DNA of 63,821 bases, the filler included, from Octopus bimaculoides (taxonomy: Eukaryota): the NCBI RefSeq assembly GCF_001194135.2. It is 7 parts of 7 records of this genome, joined end to end, with 100 filler letters (N's around TTAATTAATTAA, not from the genome) between each part and the next. Parts side by side here need not be neighbours in the genome. Positions count along the whole stretch, not along the records: positions 20,903 to 29,627 come from NC_068984.1; positions 29,728 to 31,937 come from NC_068986.1; positions 32,038 to 39,916 come from NC_068985.1; 4 more parts are not named here. One strand, 5' to 3'. Under the pieces are notes generated by a model, which was given only the letters and a program-made list of their open reading frames with translations, made no database searches and was not told the DNA's origin. The translations under genes and the position numbers were made by a program. Positions 24,237-37,348 of the stretch are shown here, in pieces; position 1 is the stretch's first letter; each line of letters begins with the position of its first letter.

Positions 24237-25744
24237 TGTCGTGACGTGTATCGTCACGTGTCGTCGTGACGTGTGTCGTTATGTGTATTTAACGAGTTAG
24301 AGAGAGACGCAAGGGGAGAAGCTAAAAGTCAGTCGAGCTTTGAACATCTAGTGCAATTGTATTTCCGGCCAGTTATTTATCTTCGTATCTTGATATCGAT
24401 GTATTGGGTTGTCTGGAAAGTTCGTGCCGATTTATAGTAGCTTACCTTTCGACTTATTTTAGAACATGGTTGAGTCCATAAAATAGGATTTGACTACACC
24501 TCCATTTAGAGCACAGTTTAAGCTATCTTTGCGTGGAAGAAGGTTTATGTTCCTATAACCTGTGTTAATTCTGTAACCCTTTAAAATGGAAGATAAGAAA
24601 CTTCATTTTCGGCACTTGATGCTTTTCTTTTTCCGTNNNNNNNNNNNNNNNNNNNNNNNNNNNNNNNNNNNNNNNNNNNNNNNNNNNNNNNNNNNNNNNN
24701 NNNNNNNNNNNNNNNNNNNNNNNNNNNNNNNNNNNNNNNNNNNNNNNNNNNNNNNNNNNNNNNNNNNNNNNNNNNNNNNNNNNNNNNNNNNNNNNNNNNN
24801 NNNNNNNNNNNNNNNNNNNNNNGGAATGAAAACGGGCCTTTGTTAAAGCAAATTGTAACAGGTAATGAGAAATAGATTATCTACCGAAATGTTCAGAGAA
24901 AGCTATCCTGGAGTAAGCGACATGAGCCACCCTTAGCCACCCCAAAAGCGGGTTTCGCCCTAAAAAAAAGTCTTGCTTTGTGTTGTGTCTGGTGGGATTG
25001 GAAAGGAATTCTGTACTACGAGCTTCTCCCAAGTAACCAGACAATTAATTCTGAGAAATACTGCACACAACTGGACGAGTTAAAAGCAGCAATTCAAGAG
25101 AAACGTCCAGAATTGGCCAACAGAAAGAGTGTTGTTTTCCAACTTGATAATGCAAGACCGCACGTTTCTTTGGGAACCAGACAAAAATTGCTGCAGCTCG
25201 GATGGGATGTGTTACCCCACCCTCCATATTCACAAGATATTGCTTCTTCGGATTTCCACTTATTCAGGTCTCTGCAGAATAGTCTTAATGGTAAAAAATT
25301 TCAATTCCTTGGATGACGTAAAAAGATAAATTTGATGAACTCTTTGCCATGAAACCACCTCAATTCTGGGAAGAGGGTATTTTCAAGTTAAAGAAAAGAT
25401 GGAGACGCATTGTGCAACAAAATGGTTCATATTTGGTTGATTAAAAATGTAATGGCAAGTACTTATTGACCTTTTTCTTTCCTTTAAAAATCGGCACGAA
25501 CTTTCCGGACAACCCAATATTTATCTCCTTTGTGATTACAAACGAAGTTTCCACAAGACTGTCATATTGCTATATTCTTTGTTGCATTGAAGTCTGTATT
25601 TCCGTTCAGTTATTTTTCTGCGTATCTTTTATAATGAAATATTTATCTATGAAGTCCGTATTTCCGGTCATCCATCTTTCCTTCGTATCTTGATGCCGAG
25701 ATATTTATCTCTTTTTATGGTAACAAGCGAACAGTTTCCACACA
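24237..25744. mobile_element. Solo LTR (TGT...ACA; ~392 bp once the mariner is removed) with 4-bp TSD AGCC
   Basis: AGCC at 24233-24236 and 25745-25748; termini TGTCGTG.../...CCACACA; an internal subrepeat GTATTTCCGG..CTTCGTATCTTGAT..TATTTATCTC continues across the mariner insertion. Confidence 0.8.
24404..25517 (+). mobile_element. Mariner transposon (degenerate; contains an assembly gap)
   Basis: 30-bp TIRs TTGGGTTGTCTGGAAAGTTCGTGCCGATTT / AAATCGGCACGAACTTTCCGGACAACCCAA with TA TSDs; [52 protein letters not shown]. Confidence 0.95.
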
Positions 25745-26516
25745 AGCCCAAAACATGACCCCACCTCCCCGCTGTTGGCGTCTCAAACGATGAGGACGAT
25801 TCCCGCTGATTTACACCCAACCTTTACTCCAGCCATCTGGTCCGTCAAGGGTAGCACGGCATTCGTCAGTCAACAGAACTGCTGAAAAATCCATCATCAT
25901 GTATTTTTCAGTCCATTTCAGTCTCTTGTGCTTTTGAACAGCATGCAGAGGGGGCCTTGTAACAGGCTTAACAGTCCTGGCTACCTGCTTCAAGAGGCGA
26001 CACCTGGTAGTTTTCAATACGTTTTCCATGCCACAACGTTTGAAAACTTCTCAACTTGTTAGACATGTGTTCCGCACAACTTCCTTTTTCACACCGTGAC
26101 AAAGTACGATTCGAAGCAACACTCGACTTACCCATACCTGCCTTCAACCGGACATAAATAAGAGACTGCACAAATTTCTTTACTGTTCGGTGATCTTTTT
26201 TCAGTATTGTTGATATCTCTATGGTTGTTTTTCCTTTTCCAAGCTCTGACACGATGATAGACTTCTCATTCGAGGTAAGATCACGTTTCTGACCCATAAT
26301 GACACTTAAAGTGAGCATCTATCAAGTAATTTGGGACAGCAGAAATGTTGCTGCTACACGATGATATCAGCCATTTGTTTACGTCTGGGCTGATCCGATT
26401 TATCTTAACAGAATGTGCGCAGATAGGTGTTGCCAACAGTCAGTGGGAAAACAATTGGTTTTGGACGAATTTACACTTATTGAGAGAAGCTTTGTGGGAC
26501 GCAGTGTATATATATC

Positions 26517-27669
26517 CACATACATAACAGAAGTATATAGACACCTTTACAATCATTAAAATTTATTTAAACTTGAAATTATACATTCAAACTATTTATC
26601 AACAATTATGTGAATATCTAATATTTAGTGGATATGCCCTTTGCATTTTTCAATGCAAGGACCTTATTAGGCATGCTACTGATTAGACGACGAATATTCT
26701 CTTGAAGTATTTCTTGTCAAATTTCATACAGTAATCCCAAAAGATCTGGTATTGCGGTTGCTTTCTTTTTCTTTTTACAAAGTGCGCTGTCCATTATGCC
26801 CTAGAGTTGTTCAATAGGGTTTATATCTGGTGACTGGCTTGGCAATGGAAGCTTTTTAATGCCATTCTCTTCCAACCAATCTTGGGTCTTTTTAGCTGTG
26901 TGATAAGGAGTTCGATCTTCCATAAAGAGTCTTTAATCATTTCACCACTGGACACATATTTATCTGAGTTTATGTTTCTCTCACAATCCACCAGTTCTGA
27001 TCGATCATTGCTCCAAATTGCTCCCCAGGCCATCACAGAATAGCCACCGTGTTTCATTGTTGACTGCAATCTTTTCACGTCAAATTCTTGATCACAAAAT
27101 CTCCAGACCCACACTCGACCACTGTCAGAAACTACAGCATATCTGAACTCATGAGAGAATATGACAGTGTCTCAAAATTCTAGTGGTTTCTCCACCTTCT
27201 CACTGGCCATATCTTTTCTCCACATGACACCGATCGACGAAGTGCCTTCCTTCCTTCTGCTCTGCCATAGTAGCCAAGTTTGTGGAGATACTTGACTGCT
27301 GTTCTGGGACTGATATCAACTTGTTCTGCTATGTCAGAGGTCTTGCAATAAGGATTATCTTCCACACTTCTCTTAAGAAAGTGAAGGGTTCTGTCAGAGG
27401 ACCCTGGTTGACCTAAGTGAGATGAGGTGTACTCCTTCTCCTCTCTGGTGAATTGTACAATCATTCTATTAACTTTAGAAAGTGGGATCCCAAGGTTTTC
27501 TGTGAAATTGAAACAATTCCAAGGCTTCTTTTGTACGTGGCATGATTAAACAGTCACATATAGAACCTGAAACATAAAAATGTCTATTAATAAAAAGTAT
27601 AAACCTTTTCAAGTTAAAACGAACATGAAATATTTTATGGGATGTCTATTTATTTCTGTCATGTCTGTG
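26517..27669 (-). mobile_element. Second, unrelated Tc1-family transposon (deleted/degenerate)
   Basis: Imperfect TIRs CACATACATAACAGAAGTATATAGACA / TGTCTATTTATTTCTGTCATGTCTGTG; ORFs [33 protein letters not shown] and TMKHGGYSVMAWGAIW. Confidence 0.85.
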
Positions 27670-27686
27670 TACACACAGTGTATATA

Positions 27687-27717
<31 letters not shown>

Positions 27718-27779
27718 CAGTGTATATATATGTATACATTCATACATAATTTGATACATACATACATACATGCGACTGC

Positions 27780-28250
27780 GATCATGTTGTAGCACTCCCG
27801 TAATTTTGTACCCTTTCCACTGCTCTTTTCTGCGGTAGGTTTCTTCTAGGTGGTGGGATTTCATATCACCATCCTTTGTGCTTTTTTGCTTGGTGATAGA
27901 CTCATTCGGTGTATGAGGGTGTTTGACACTACTACTCTCGTCTGTACTTCTTACCTGAACGTTGGCACGTCTGGTATCGTGGATATCAGAATGTCCAATT
28001 CGTGTTTGAAAGCATCCACACCCACATCGTGTAGGTTTCTTAATTCATTTGGTAAAGCATGAAAGATCTGTGGGTTTTTGAACCCTAGACTATACCGGTA
28101 TCTGGTCCTCGCTTTAGCCGAGTAGGTGGTACCTATGGTACTAAGCAGTGGCGTCCAGTACGGGCATTTGTCTAGCTCTTGATGCCGAAGTTAGATAAAA
28201 GCCCTTCCAGTATTTTACGCACGTAAATGTTCTAAAATCTTCACAGCCTT
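27780..28250 (-). mobile_element. CR1/L2-group LINE ORF2 C-terminal remnant
   Basis: Minus strand: KILEGLLSNFGIK...TGRHCLVP...NELRNLHDVGVDAFKHELDILISTIPDVP. Confidence 0.65.
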
Positions 28251-28283
28251 GGTTTTTTATCTCATTCTGAAAAAAATTTTTTT

Positions 28284-28315
<32 letters not shown>

Positions 28316-28859
28316 NNNNNNNNNNNNNNNNNNNNNNNNNNNNNNNNNNNNNNNNNNNNNNNNNNNNNNNNNNNNNNNNNNNNNNNNNNNNNNNNNNNNN
28401 NNNNNNNNNNNNNNNNNNNNNNNNNNNNNNNNNNNNNNNNNNNNNNNNNNNNNNNNNNNNNNNNNNNNNNNNNNNNNNNNNNNNNNNNNNNNNNNNNNNN
28501 NNNNNNNNNNNNNNNNNNNNNNNNNNNNNNNNNNNNNNNNNNNNNNNNNNNNNNNNNNNNNNNNNNNNNNNNNNNNNNNNNNNNNNNNNNNNNNNNNNNN
28601 NNNNNNNNNNNNNNNNNNNNNNNGTTTTCCTGTGTTCGTTCCGTTGTCTATAGTTCATTTTTCTAACGTCCTGTACCCTGATATGCATCTATATACACAT
28701 GTAGATGTAAGTATGTACATATATGTGGGTATACATGCATACATATTCTTTGTATTATTATATGTATATATATACATGCACACACACATACACACATATA
28801 CACATCCATACAAATATACTTAGATACATACATGCATACGTAGGAACGATCGTACTACA

Positions 28860-28892
<33 letters not shown>

Positions 28893-29035
28893 GTGAGTAT
28901 ACGTGTGTTTACATGTGTGTGTGTGTGAGTGTGTGTGTGTGTCAAATGATAGCAAGTTTACATTCAATTTGAAAATAGACCTGCTTTATATGTACTTTAT
29001 CATTTCATATACGCAGATATATATATATATCTGTC

Positions 29036-29080
<45 letters not shown>

Positions 29081-29576
29081 ATGTATATATGAATGATATG
29101 TATGCATGAGTTGACGCAAAATGAAGGCGTTATCGGCTTCTATATGTGTGCGTGTGCGCGTGCGCGCTTGAAAGCATGTGTTTGTATGGATGTGTGAAAG
29201 TGTGTGCGGGTGCTAAAAAAAGATGAATGGAGTCAGCCACGTTCATCCCCCACGGTGAAATGAAAAGCATCTAATGATTTGGGTGTTCTTGTGATGTGTT
29301 GCAGCTAAAGGTAAACAGATGCGGGTAGAAGCCAGAGGTAAAAAAAAAAAAGGAGTAACACGTGCCACAAGTAACGCTTCCAATACTACTTTTATATATG
29401 GAGGTCGCGTGTGCCTGTGTATGTACTTGTGTGTATGCGTGTGTGTATATAGAGATAGATGCATATATATATGTACGTATGTATGTATTGAATAGCATTG
29501 AAACAGAGAGGGAAAGAGAGAGACAGATATCTATTATGTGCATTATATAAACACTCATGCATACGAATATATATGC

Positions 29577-29627
<51 letters not shown>

Positions 29628-29727
29628 NNNNNNNNNNNNNNNNNNNNNNNNNNNNNNNNNNNNNNNNNNNNTTAATTAATTAANNNNNNNNNNNNNNNNN
29701 NNNNNNNNNNNNNNNNNNNNNNNNNNN

Positions 29728-29780
<53 letters not shown>

Positions 29781-30249
29781 ACAATATTTATTTTTAACAT
29801 AAAGTATCCATCGATTTCTAGCATCGGTTATTTATATTATTGATTTTTTAATGCATTGGCACAAGGCCACAAAGTTGTAAGCGAAGGTTTAAGCCATTTG
29901 AAATCACTACGAACATAATCGATTCAGCTCTCTAAGCTCTCGATTCAAATGTCGCCGTGGCTATCTTTGCTTTTCGTCATTTCGGTGTCAATAAACAAGA
30001 GACCGTAATATATTGCTTCGATTCGTCTCTTCTCTCACTTTTTCTGCTTGTCTTTTTCTCTCCCAGAAGCAATTAGTTGTGGTCACACATCGAAAAGGAC
30101 GGGCATCACCACCTCTGAAAATACTCAAGATATCTGGTCAAACAATGGCACCCCTACGGCTCACTGAATGAGATTAAGACTTTCAGGTAAAATAAATATG
30201 ATATAAGAGTCCATTCGTCCGTCTGTCTTCACCACTCACAACTCCCGAG

Positions 30250-30780
30250 AGGGTCATGGAGGTACACCTAAGACACCTCGTCCATAGGGTCCAATCACAA
30301 ACAAATGACATCAGACTCTCCGGCTGGATTCCAAAGATTGACTGAAACTAAGGATATTGTCCAACCATTCCGTTCTTTGTTCCGCTTAAACTATCCGTTT
30401 AATGATTCTTTCCTGCAACATTCTTATCGCAAGTCCGCATACCGTGATCGTTCAATGCAGATAGGGAGTAGTTCGCCCTGGAGAGACTCCCTGATTGCTG
30501 AGCTACGCACCTATCGAATAAAGTTACACCCGAGATCCTTCGGACGGGCACATTTTCGGCCCTTTATATTCGTCATCGTAAGCTCCGGTCATTCTTACCT
30601 TATTTACATGACAATATTTCCACATATCGGTGAATCAATTTCGATTCCATTGACCCACTTCTATGCTGCTTACTCTCCTTACCCATAATTCTCAGCTACC
30701 CGTAGTTAGCAGCCAATGAAATCTAAGCATTCAGTGGGTCGTTTGCACTCACTATTGCTTATTTGAGATACAACAGAGAG
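30250..30780 (-). mobile_element. RTE-clade (Expander/Rex3-like) LINE 3' remnant
   Basis: Minus strand: RRISGVTLFDR...IRESLQGELLPICIERSR...IRMLQERIIKRIV; homologous to 63040-63600. Confidence 0.6.
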
Positions 30781-31090
30781 CTTCATTGTCCAACCTGCTT
30801 CTCCAAACAAGGCTAAGTATGTATCAAATATATATATATACCATGGTTATTTCATTAAAGTCATTACTTTCAATAAAACAGGAGCGGAACAGTTTAAAAT
30901 TAAAATTTTAAACAAATTATTCAACAATTACATAGTTGATGATTTTGAAAGGGTGTATATATATAAAATTAAAATTCTATTTTAACGACTTGACTTCTCC
31001 ATTTTTAACTAAATTGATGAGTTTTATTGGACTTCTTTCCATAAATTCACCACACATCATATACAAATATATATGTACATATGTGTACAC

Positions 31091-31131
<41 letters not shown>

Positions 31132-31883
31132 NNNNNNNNNNNNNNNNNNNNNNNNNNNNNNNNNNNNNNNNNNNNNNNNNNNNNNNNNNNNNNNNNNNNN
31201 NNNNNNNNNNNNNNNNNNNNNNNNNNNNNNNGTTTGTCTCTTCCACCACCATTGCTTGACAATCGACGTTGGTTTATTTACGTCCCCGTAACCTAGCAGT
31301 TCAACAAAACAGACTGATAGTATAAGTGTCAAACTTGAAGAAAAAAGAGAAAAAGAAAAAGAAAAACCTAAGTACTAGGGTCGATTTCTTCGATTTAAGA
31401 CCTTCAAGGTGATGCCCCAGCATGGCCGCAGTTCAATTTTTGAAATAAGTAAAAAGAGCGCAGGTGTGACTGAGAAATTTGCTTCTCAAACACACTGTCT
31501 CCGGTTCAGTCCCACAGGCTGGCGTCTTGGGAAAGTGTATTCGACCTTAGCCTCTGGTCGACCAAAGTCTTGTGAGTGAGTTTGATGGACAGAAACTGAA
31601 AGAAACCCGTTTCGATTCCCAAACCGGGCGGTATGTTGTTGTTCTTGAGCGAAACACTTCATTTTACGTTGCACAAATTCACTCAGCCGTAAACGGGTAG
31701 CTCTACAATGAACTGGCATCCCGTTTAACGGGTGTGTTAGGATTTCGGTTACTTACGCACCATGGAAACCGGATAATCTCTCCTATGAGTCATAGCACTT
31801 GAAACAGTAATATCCATTAATATAAACACACCCGCGCGCACACACACCTTTATATATATTATATATACATATAATATATATAT

Positions 31884-31937
<54 letters not shown>

Positions 31938-32037
31938 NNNNNNNNNNNNNNNNNNNNNNNNNNNNNNNNNNNNNNNNNNNNTTAATTAATTAANNNNNNN
32001 NNNNNNNNNNNNNNNNNNNNNNNNNNNNNNNNNNNNN

Positions 32038-32086
<49 letters not shown>

Positions 32087-32302
32087 ACACACACTCACAC
32101 ACACACATTACATGTAGAGCAGCATAAGTAACTGATGAGTCCACATTTTCTTGCCAGAACACTTATCAAACTTTGGTGTTAAACCCTAGGTACTTGAGTT
32201 ACATATATACCTTCACAGCAAAGAAATGAAGGACTATGTATATTTTCATACTTCGTACTGAGTTCTATTTATCACATCTGCATTATCAAACATGTATGTA
32301 TG

Positions 32303-32336
<34 letters not shown>

Positions 32337-32519
32337 TGTATGTACGTACGTATGTATGTATGTATGTATGTATTATGTATATATGTATGCATGTATGTAT
32401 GTATTACGTATATATGTATGTATGCACGCATGTATGTGTGCGTGCGTGTATGTATGTATGTGTGTATATAGTATGTATTTATGTATGTATGTATGTATGT
32501 ATGTATGTGTGATTATTCA

Positions 32520-33018
32520 ATTTATTACTGGCCCCTGTGGTCTCTCCATACAAAGCAAAATATCTCTAAAATTGAATCATCCCAGAGGCTATTCACTAAA
32601 AGAATTAAGGGCATGACTGATCTCGATTACTGGGACCGCCTTAAAGCATTGAAACTCTATTTTCTCCAGCGCCGCCGTGAGCGATACATCATTTGCACGA
32701 CGTGGAGAATATACCACCAGCATTGCCCAAACGACCTCAACGATAGCTTCAAAATTCATCCAAGGCCAGGACCACGGGCCATACGTCCCCTACCCAATTC
32801 AGGATCACAACACATAAGTATACTGCATCACAATTTCTTTTCCTCAACAGGCCCTGCCCTATTTCACATAGTCCCGAAACAAATGAAAGAGGAAAAGGAT
32901 CCCATTACCTTTGAACGGAATCTGGACAAATTTCTTCAAGGAATACCAGATAAGCCATCTATGCCTGGATACAGCTCACTTTATAAGAACTCCCCGTGTG
33001 AATGGACAATGATACCAC
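32520..33018 (+). mobile_element. CR1/L2-group LINE ORF2 C-terminal fragment
   Basis: IESSQRLFTKRIKGMTDLDYWDRLKALKLYFLQRRRERYII...GPALFHIVP...FERNLDKFLQGIPDKP. Confidence 0.85.
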
Positions 33019-33457
33019 NNNNNNNNNNNNNNNNNNNNNNNNNNNNNNNNNNNNNNNNNNNNNNNNNNNNNNNNNNNNNNNNNNNNNNNNNNNNNNNNNN
33101 NNNNNNNNNNNNNNNNNNNNNNNNNNNNNNNNNNNNNNNNNNNNNNNNNNNNNNNNNNNNNNNNNNNNNNNNNNNNNNNNNNNNNNNNNNNNNNNNNNNN
33201 NNNNNNNNNNNNNNNNNNNNNNNNNNNNNNNNNNNNNNNNNNNNNNNNNNNNNNNNNNNNNNNNNNNNNNNNNNNNNNNNNNNNNNNNNNNNNNNNNNNN
33301 NNNNNNNNNNNNNNNNNNNNNNNNNNNNNNNNNNNNNNNNNNNNNNNNNNNNNNNNNNNNNNNNNNNNNNNNNNNNNNNNNNNNNNNNNNNNNNNNNNNN
33401 NNNNNNNNNNNNNNNNNNNNNNNNNNNNNNNNNNNNNNNNNNNNNNNNNNNNNNNNA

Positions 33458-35040
33458 ACATGAGGACGATAGAAAAAATCGAGCACCTTCCAGTTATAGA
33501 AGAGATGGCCTAAATGACATTCATTTAGCTGTGAATAAGCTGAATAACAATGTCTCCAGGGTCTGATGGAATCTGTGAAGGAGTCTTGAAATATGGGGGT
33601 GACAAAATATTTGAACTCTTAAATATATTAATTTGTCAGAACTAAGAAAGTGCCACAAGTGTGGATTGATGCCATTTTAGTTTCCTTGTATAAATCTCGG
33701 CCAAATGATCTTCAAAACTCTGAGGAAGGTATTTACATAAAATATCGAACAACAGGGAATGTTTTTAACCTGACCAGACTGAAATTCAAAACGAAAGTCT
33801 TTACTTCACTCATTAGGGAACTTTTGTGCGCTGACGATTGCAATCTTGTCAGCCGTTCTGAAACAGGTCTGCAATCTCTTACATCTTCATTTGACTCGGC
33901 TTGTGATGATTTTGGCTTGACCATCAACTTGCAACAAACAGTTGTAATGCATCAACCTGCATGTGGTGCTGTTTGTAACCCACCTAAAATTTTTGTTGAG
34001 GGTAAGTTACTTGAGGTTGTCGATTCGTTCATCTACCTTGGAAGCTCTGTTCAAAATTATGGGAATCTTGATACAGAAATACAGCTGCGAATTCAAAGAG
34101 CAGCAAAAGTATTTTGTGGCTTGGAGTCATGCGTTTGACGCTAATGATATATAAATATGAATATTAAGATGGCCCTTTACAAATTATTTGTCTTACCATC
34201 CCTGTGGTATTCCTGTGAAACTTGGACTTGTTATGAAAGGCATTTTAAATTGTTAAAACAATTCCACCAAAAATGCCTTCATCGCATTTAAAAAATTAAA
34301 TGGAGTTCTTTTATTCCAAACACAGATCTCCTTGCATCTGCAGGCATCGCTTCAATTAAAGCTATGACTTTGAGGAATCAAAGGAGATGGTGTGGCCATA
34401 TCGTTCGAATGGTAGATGAACGCATGCCGAAACAACTGTTTTATGGTGAGCTTGCAGAGGGGAAACGTTATTGGCGTAAACCTAAAAGAAGGTTTATGGA
34501 CGGCATAAGGACTACTATGGATTCAGAAGACATAGAAACCCTTGCTTCGGATCGAGTCGGATGGCGAACAAAAGTGTGGAGTGGAGTGAAAGTATTTGAA
34601 GAGGCCAGGATAACGCATGTAAGACTCAAAAGAGATCTAAGGAAGAATCTAACGATTGAGAAAGTGAATAACAATGACCTTTTTGTGCTCACAGTCTGTG
34701 ACAAACCATGCCTTTCTTTTGCTGGTCTCAAATCTCATATGCGAACCCATGGAAAACGAACCTCCACCAACTATTCTGCCTATATGTCTGTGCACAAATT
34801 TGAATCGAGTGTATGCCAGAAGGTTTGCAAATCCAACGGAGGCCTCAAAAGACATTTTAAGATCCACAAAGATCAGAACTTATCTGCAGTTCTTGGTGGT
34901 CCAAATCGGATATGAAATCTGTGTGGGTGTTTTTCAGAACATTGTCTGGTTTCAAAAGCCACATCAGATGCCATGATGGTGCTAAGGTGTAGGTACAGGA
35001 GGGGGTCAAACTCTGCATAAGGAGTAGACAACTACCATAT
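33458..35040 (+). mobile_element. RTE (BovB-like) LINE 3' half with C-terminal C2H2 fingers
   Basis: GNVFNLTRLKFKTKV...ELLCADDCNLV...SFIYLGS; QRRWCGHIVRMVDERMPKQLFYGELAEGKR; CDKPCLSFAGLKSHMRTH and CQKVCKSNGGLKRHFKIH. Confidence 0.92.
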
Positions 35041-35087
35041 AGCCACTACACATTCTTTATTTTCTCTCCTTGTTTCTTTCTGTGTTC

Positions 35088-35123
35088 CTTTCTGTGGAAG
35101 AGCATAGGCTCGAAACGTTAAAG
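35088..35123 (+). ncRNA. Degenerate minimal hammerhead motif (A6>T), same architecture as 12169-12203
   Basis: CTTT-CTGTGGA-AGAGCATAGGCTC-GAAA-CG-TT-AAAG. Confidence 0.45.
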
Positions 35124-35295
35124 ACTTTTCCCTTCCCGAGCGATAAACTAATGCATCTATTTGTTGTCTACACTACCTGTCAACGACTCATATTTTTCTT
35201 TGTGGTTGGGTCGTTGATGACCTCTTTCTAGCATATTGGATGTCCACCTAGTGGTCTTCCCTTATACACGTATATATTTATATATATATATACTA

Positions 35296-35345
<50 letters not shown>

Positions 35346-36020
35346 TATATACTATATACGTACGTATCTACACGCACATACACACATACATACACAGATA
35401 CACACATACATACACAGATACACACACATACACACGTACACTCACACACACACACACATACAGATACCTACATAATCATATATAACTTCTCTTACGTTAG
35501 ACATTAGGAGTTTAATTTTGAAGAAGTCTTCCCCAATGATTTCTAGTAGGTAAAATAACCACATAAGCACCAGTGTCGTATCATGGCTATAGAACATCGG
35601 TTCTCAACCATTTTTTTTTACCGATGGACCCCTTTGAGTCATATTTCACTCAAGCAGACCCTCGCTGGCATTATAAAATGTTTTTATAATTAAATATCAT
35701 TAAAAATAGCATTGAAAAATTGTTAAAATATTTTGTGTAATTTATTACACATAAATTTTAACGACAAAATATTATATCGCATAGTTGAGACCCACTCTTT
35801 TAGAGCTATAAATTATTGTAAGATCTAGACTCTATAAGATAAGTTTACCGTGGTAGCACAGCAGGGTGTAATACACTATTTAGCGGGACTGTTGACTGCC
35901 ATAGTTGTGGTAGTGAATGTCAGTTGTCGTTGGTGACAGAAGCGGCAACAGTGGCAGTCTGCAGTGACACAAGCAATAACGACAGCTATTAGGATAGGTC
36001 AGGTAATAACAATAACATCA

Positions 36021-36056
<36 letters not shown>

Positions 36057-37348
36057 AGCACATTCACAGAAGCGCGTGTACGGGTGTATATATATATATA
36101 TATATATNNNNNNNNNNNNNNNNNNNNNNNNNNNNNNNNNNNNNNNNNNNNNNNNNNNNNNNNNNNNNNNNNNNNNNNNNNNNNNNNNNNNNNNNNNNNN
36201 NNNNNNNNNNNNNNNNNNNNNNNNNNNNNNNNNNNATATACTACTACGGCACTCCATCGGTTATTTCGACGAGGGTTCCAGTTGATCCAATCAATTGAAC
36301 AGCCTGCTCGTGAAATTAATGTGCAAGTGGCTGAGCAGACACAAGTACCCTTAACGTATTTTCGGGAAGATTCAGCGTGACACAGAGTGTGACAGGGCTG
36401 ACCCTTTGAAATACAGGTGGACAGAAATAGGAAGAACGAGAGAAAGTTGTAGTGAAAGAGCATAGCAAGGTTCGTTACCACCCCCTGCCGGAGCCTCGTG
36501 GAGCTTTTGGGTGTTTTCACTCAATAAACACTCACAACGACCGGTCTGGGAATCGAAACTGCGATCCTATGACTGCGAGTCTGCTGCGCTAACCACCAAT
36601 AGCAACAAGAAAAAAACAATGGAAAGAACCACCTGGGGCGCCTCTCAAACAAGTTCTTCTCCATCTCTCTCAAATATACACTCACACACTCACAAACACA
36701 TTTGCACACTCACACAAACACATTTGCACACCCTGAGACAGATTCCACAGAGACTGGTTCCTCCACACCCCGAAGACGAGGAGGAACCCCCAGAACCCAA
36801 GAAACAAAAAAAACAGGAGACACAAAATCACCTGATCTCATACTAACACACACACCAGAAAACATGGGAAATACTATCACAACAAACACAGACACATCAA
36901 AAGTACCATCAATCCTGCCAGTTCCACGACCATCAACAAAAGCACCGCTACTACCACCAGCACCACCAACACTATCACAACCCTACTTCCTCCAGAAGAC
37001 CCGCACATCAACACTCAAACATACAGACTCTAAGTTTCGTGTTTGTGAGCAGAGCCAACGATGAATCGATGACCTTATAGCACGAAATAAATATATAGAA
37101 AGAGGGGTGCAATTTATATCATCAGCACTTTTAAAGTGCCAGATGATTTAATGTTAGTGTGAACAAGAACATTGGGGAGGTTTCCCTCTCGACGCTGAAA
37201 CCCCGAATGTAAACACCACGAGCAGACTTTTAAAGGGGTTCCCAATGGAACTCCAGCAGAACTTGGAGTTCGAGTCACCTGACCGCCAACGGTACCGGGT
37301 GGTTAAGCAACCCCACTCTTTTCCTTTCTCTCAACTCTCTCCCTCCAA

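Larger units (their letters stand above)
23459..26506 (-). mobile_element. Full-span Tc1 transposon (degenerate) interrupted by a nested insertion
   Basis: ~140-bp TIRs CACTGCGTCCCACA.../...TGTGGGACGCAGTG. Transposase pieces MGQKRDLTSNEKSIIV, LLTDECRATLDGPDGW, VMFWA|GIIGG (split by the insert), FMQDNTPSH, WPPCSPIENLW. Confidence 0.93.

Noticed and set aside
29305-29310. Possible 6-nt microexon (TGCAG|CTAAAG|GTAAAC)
   Set aside because: Weak polypyrimidine tract and no linking evidence; expected by chance.
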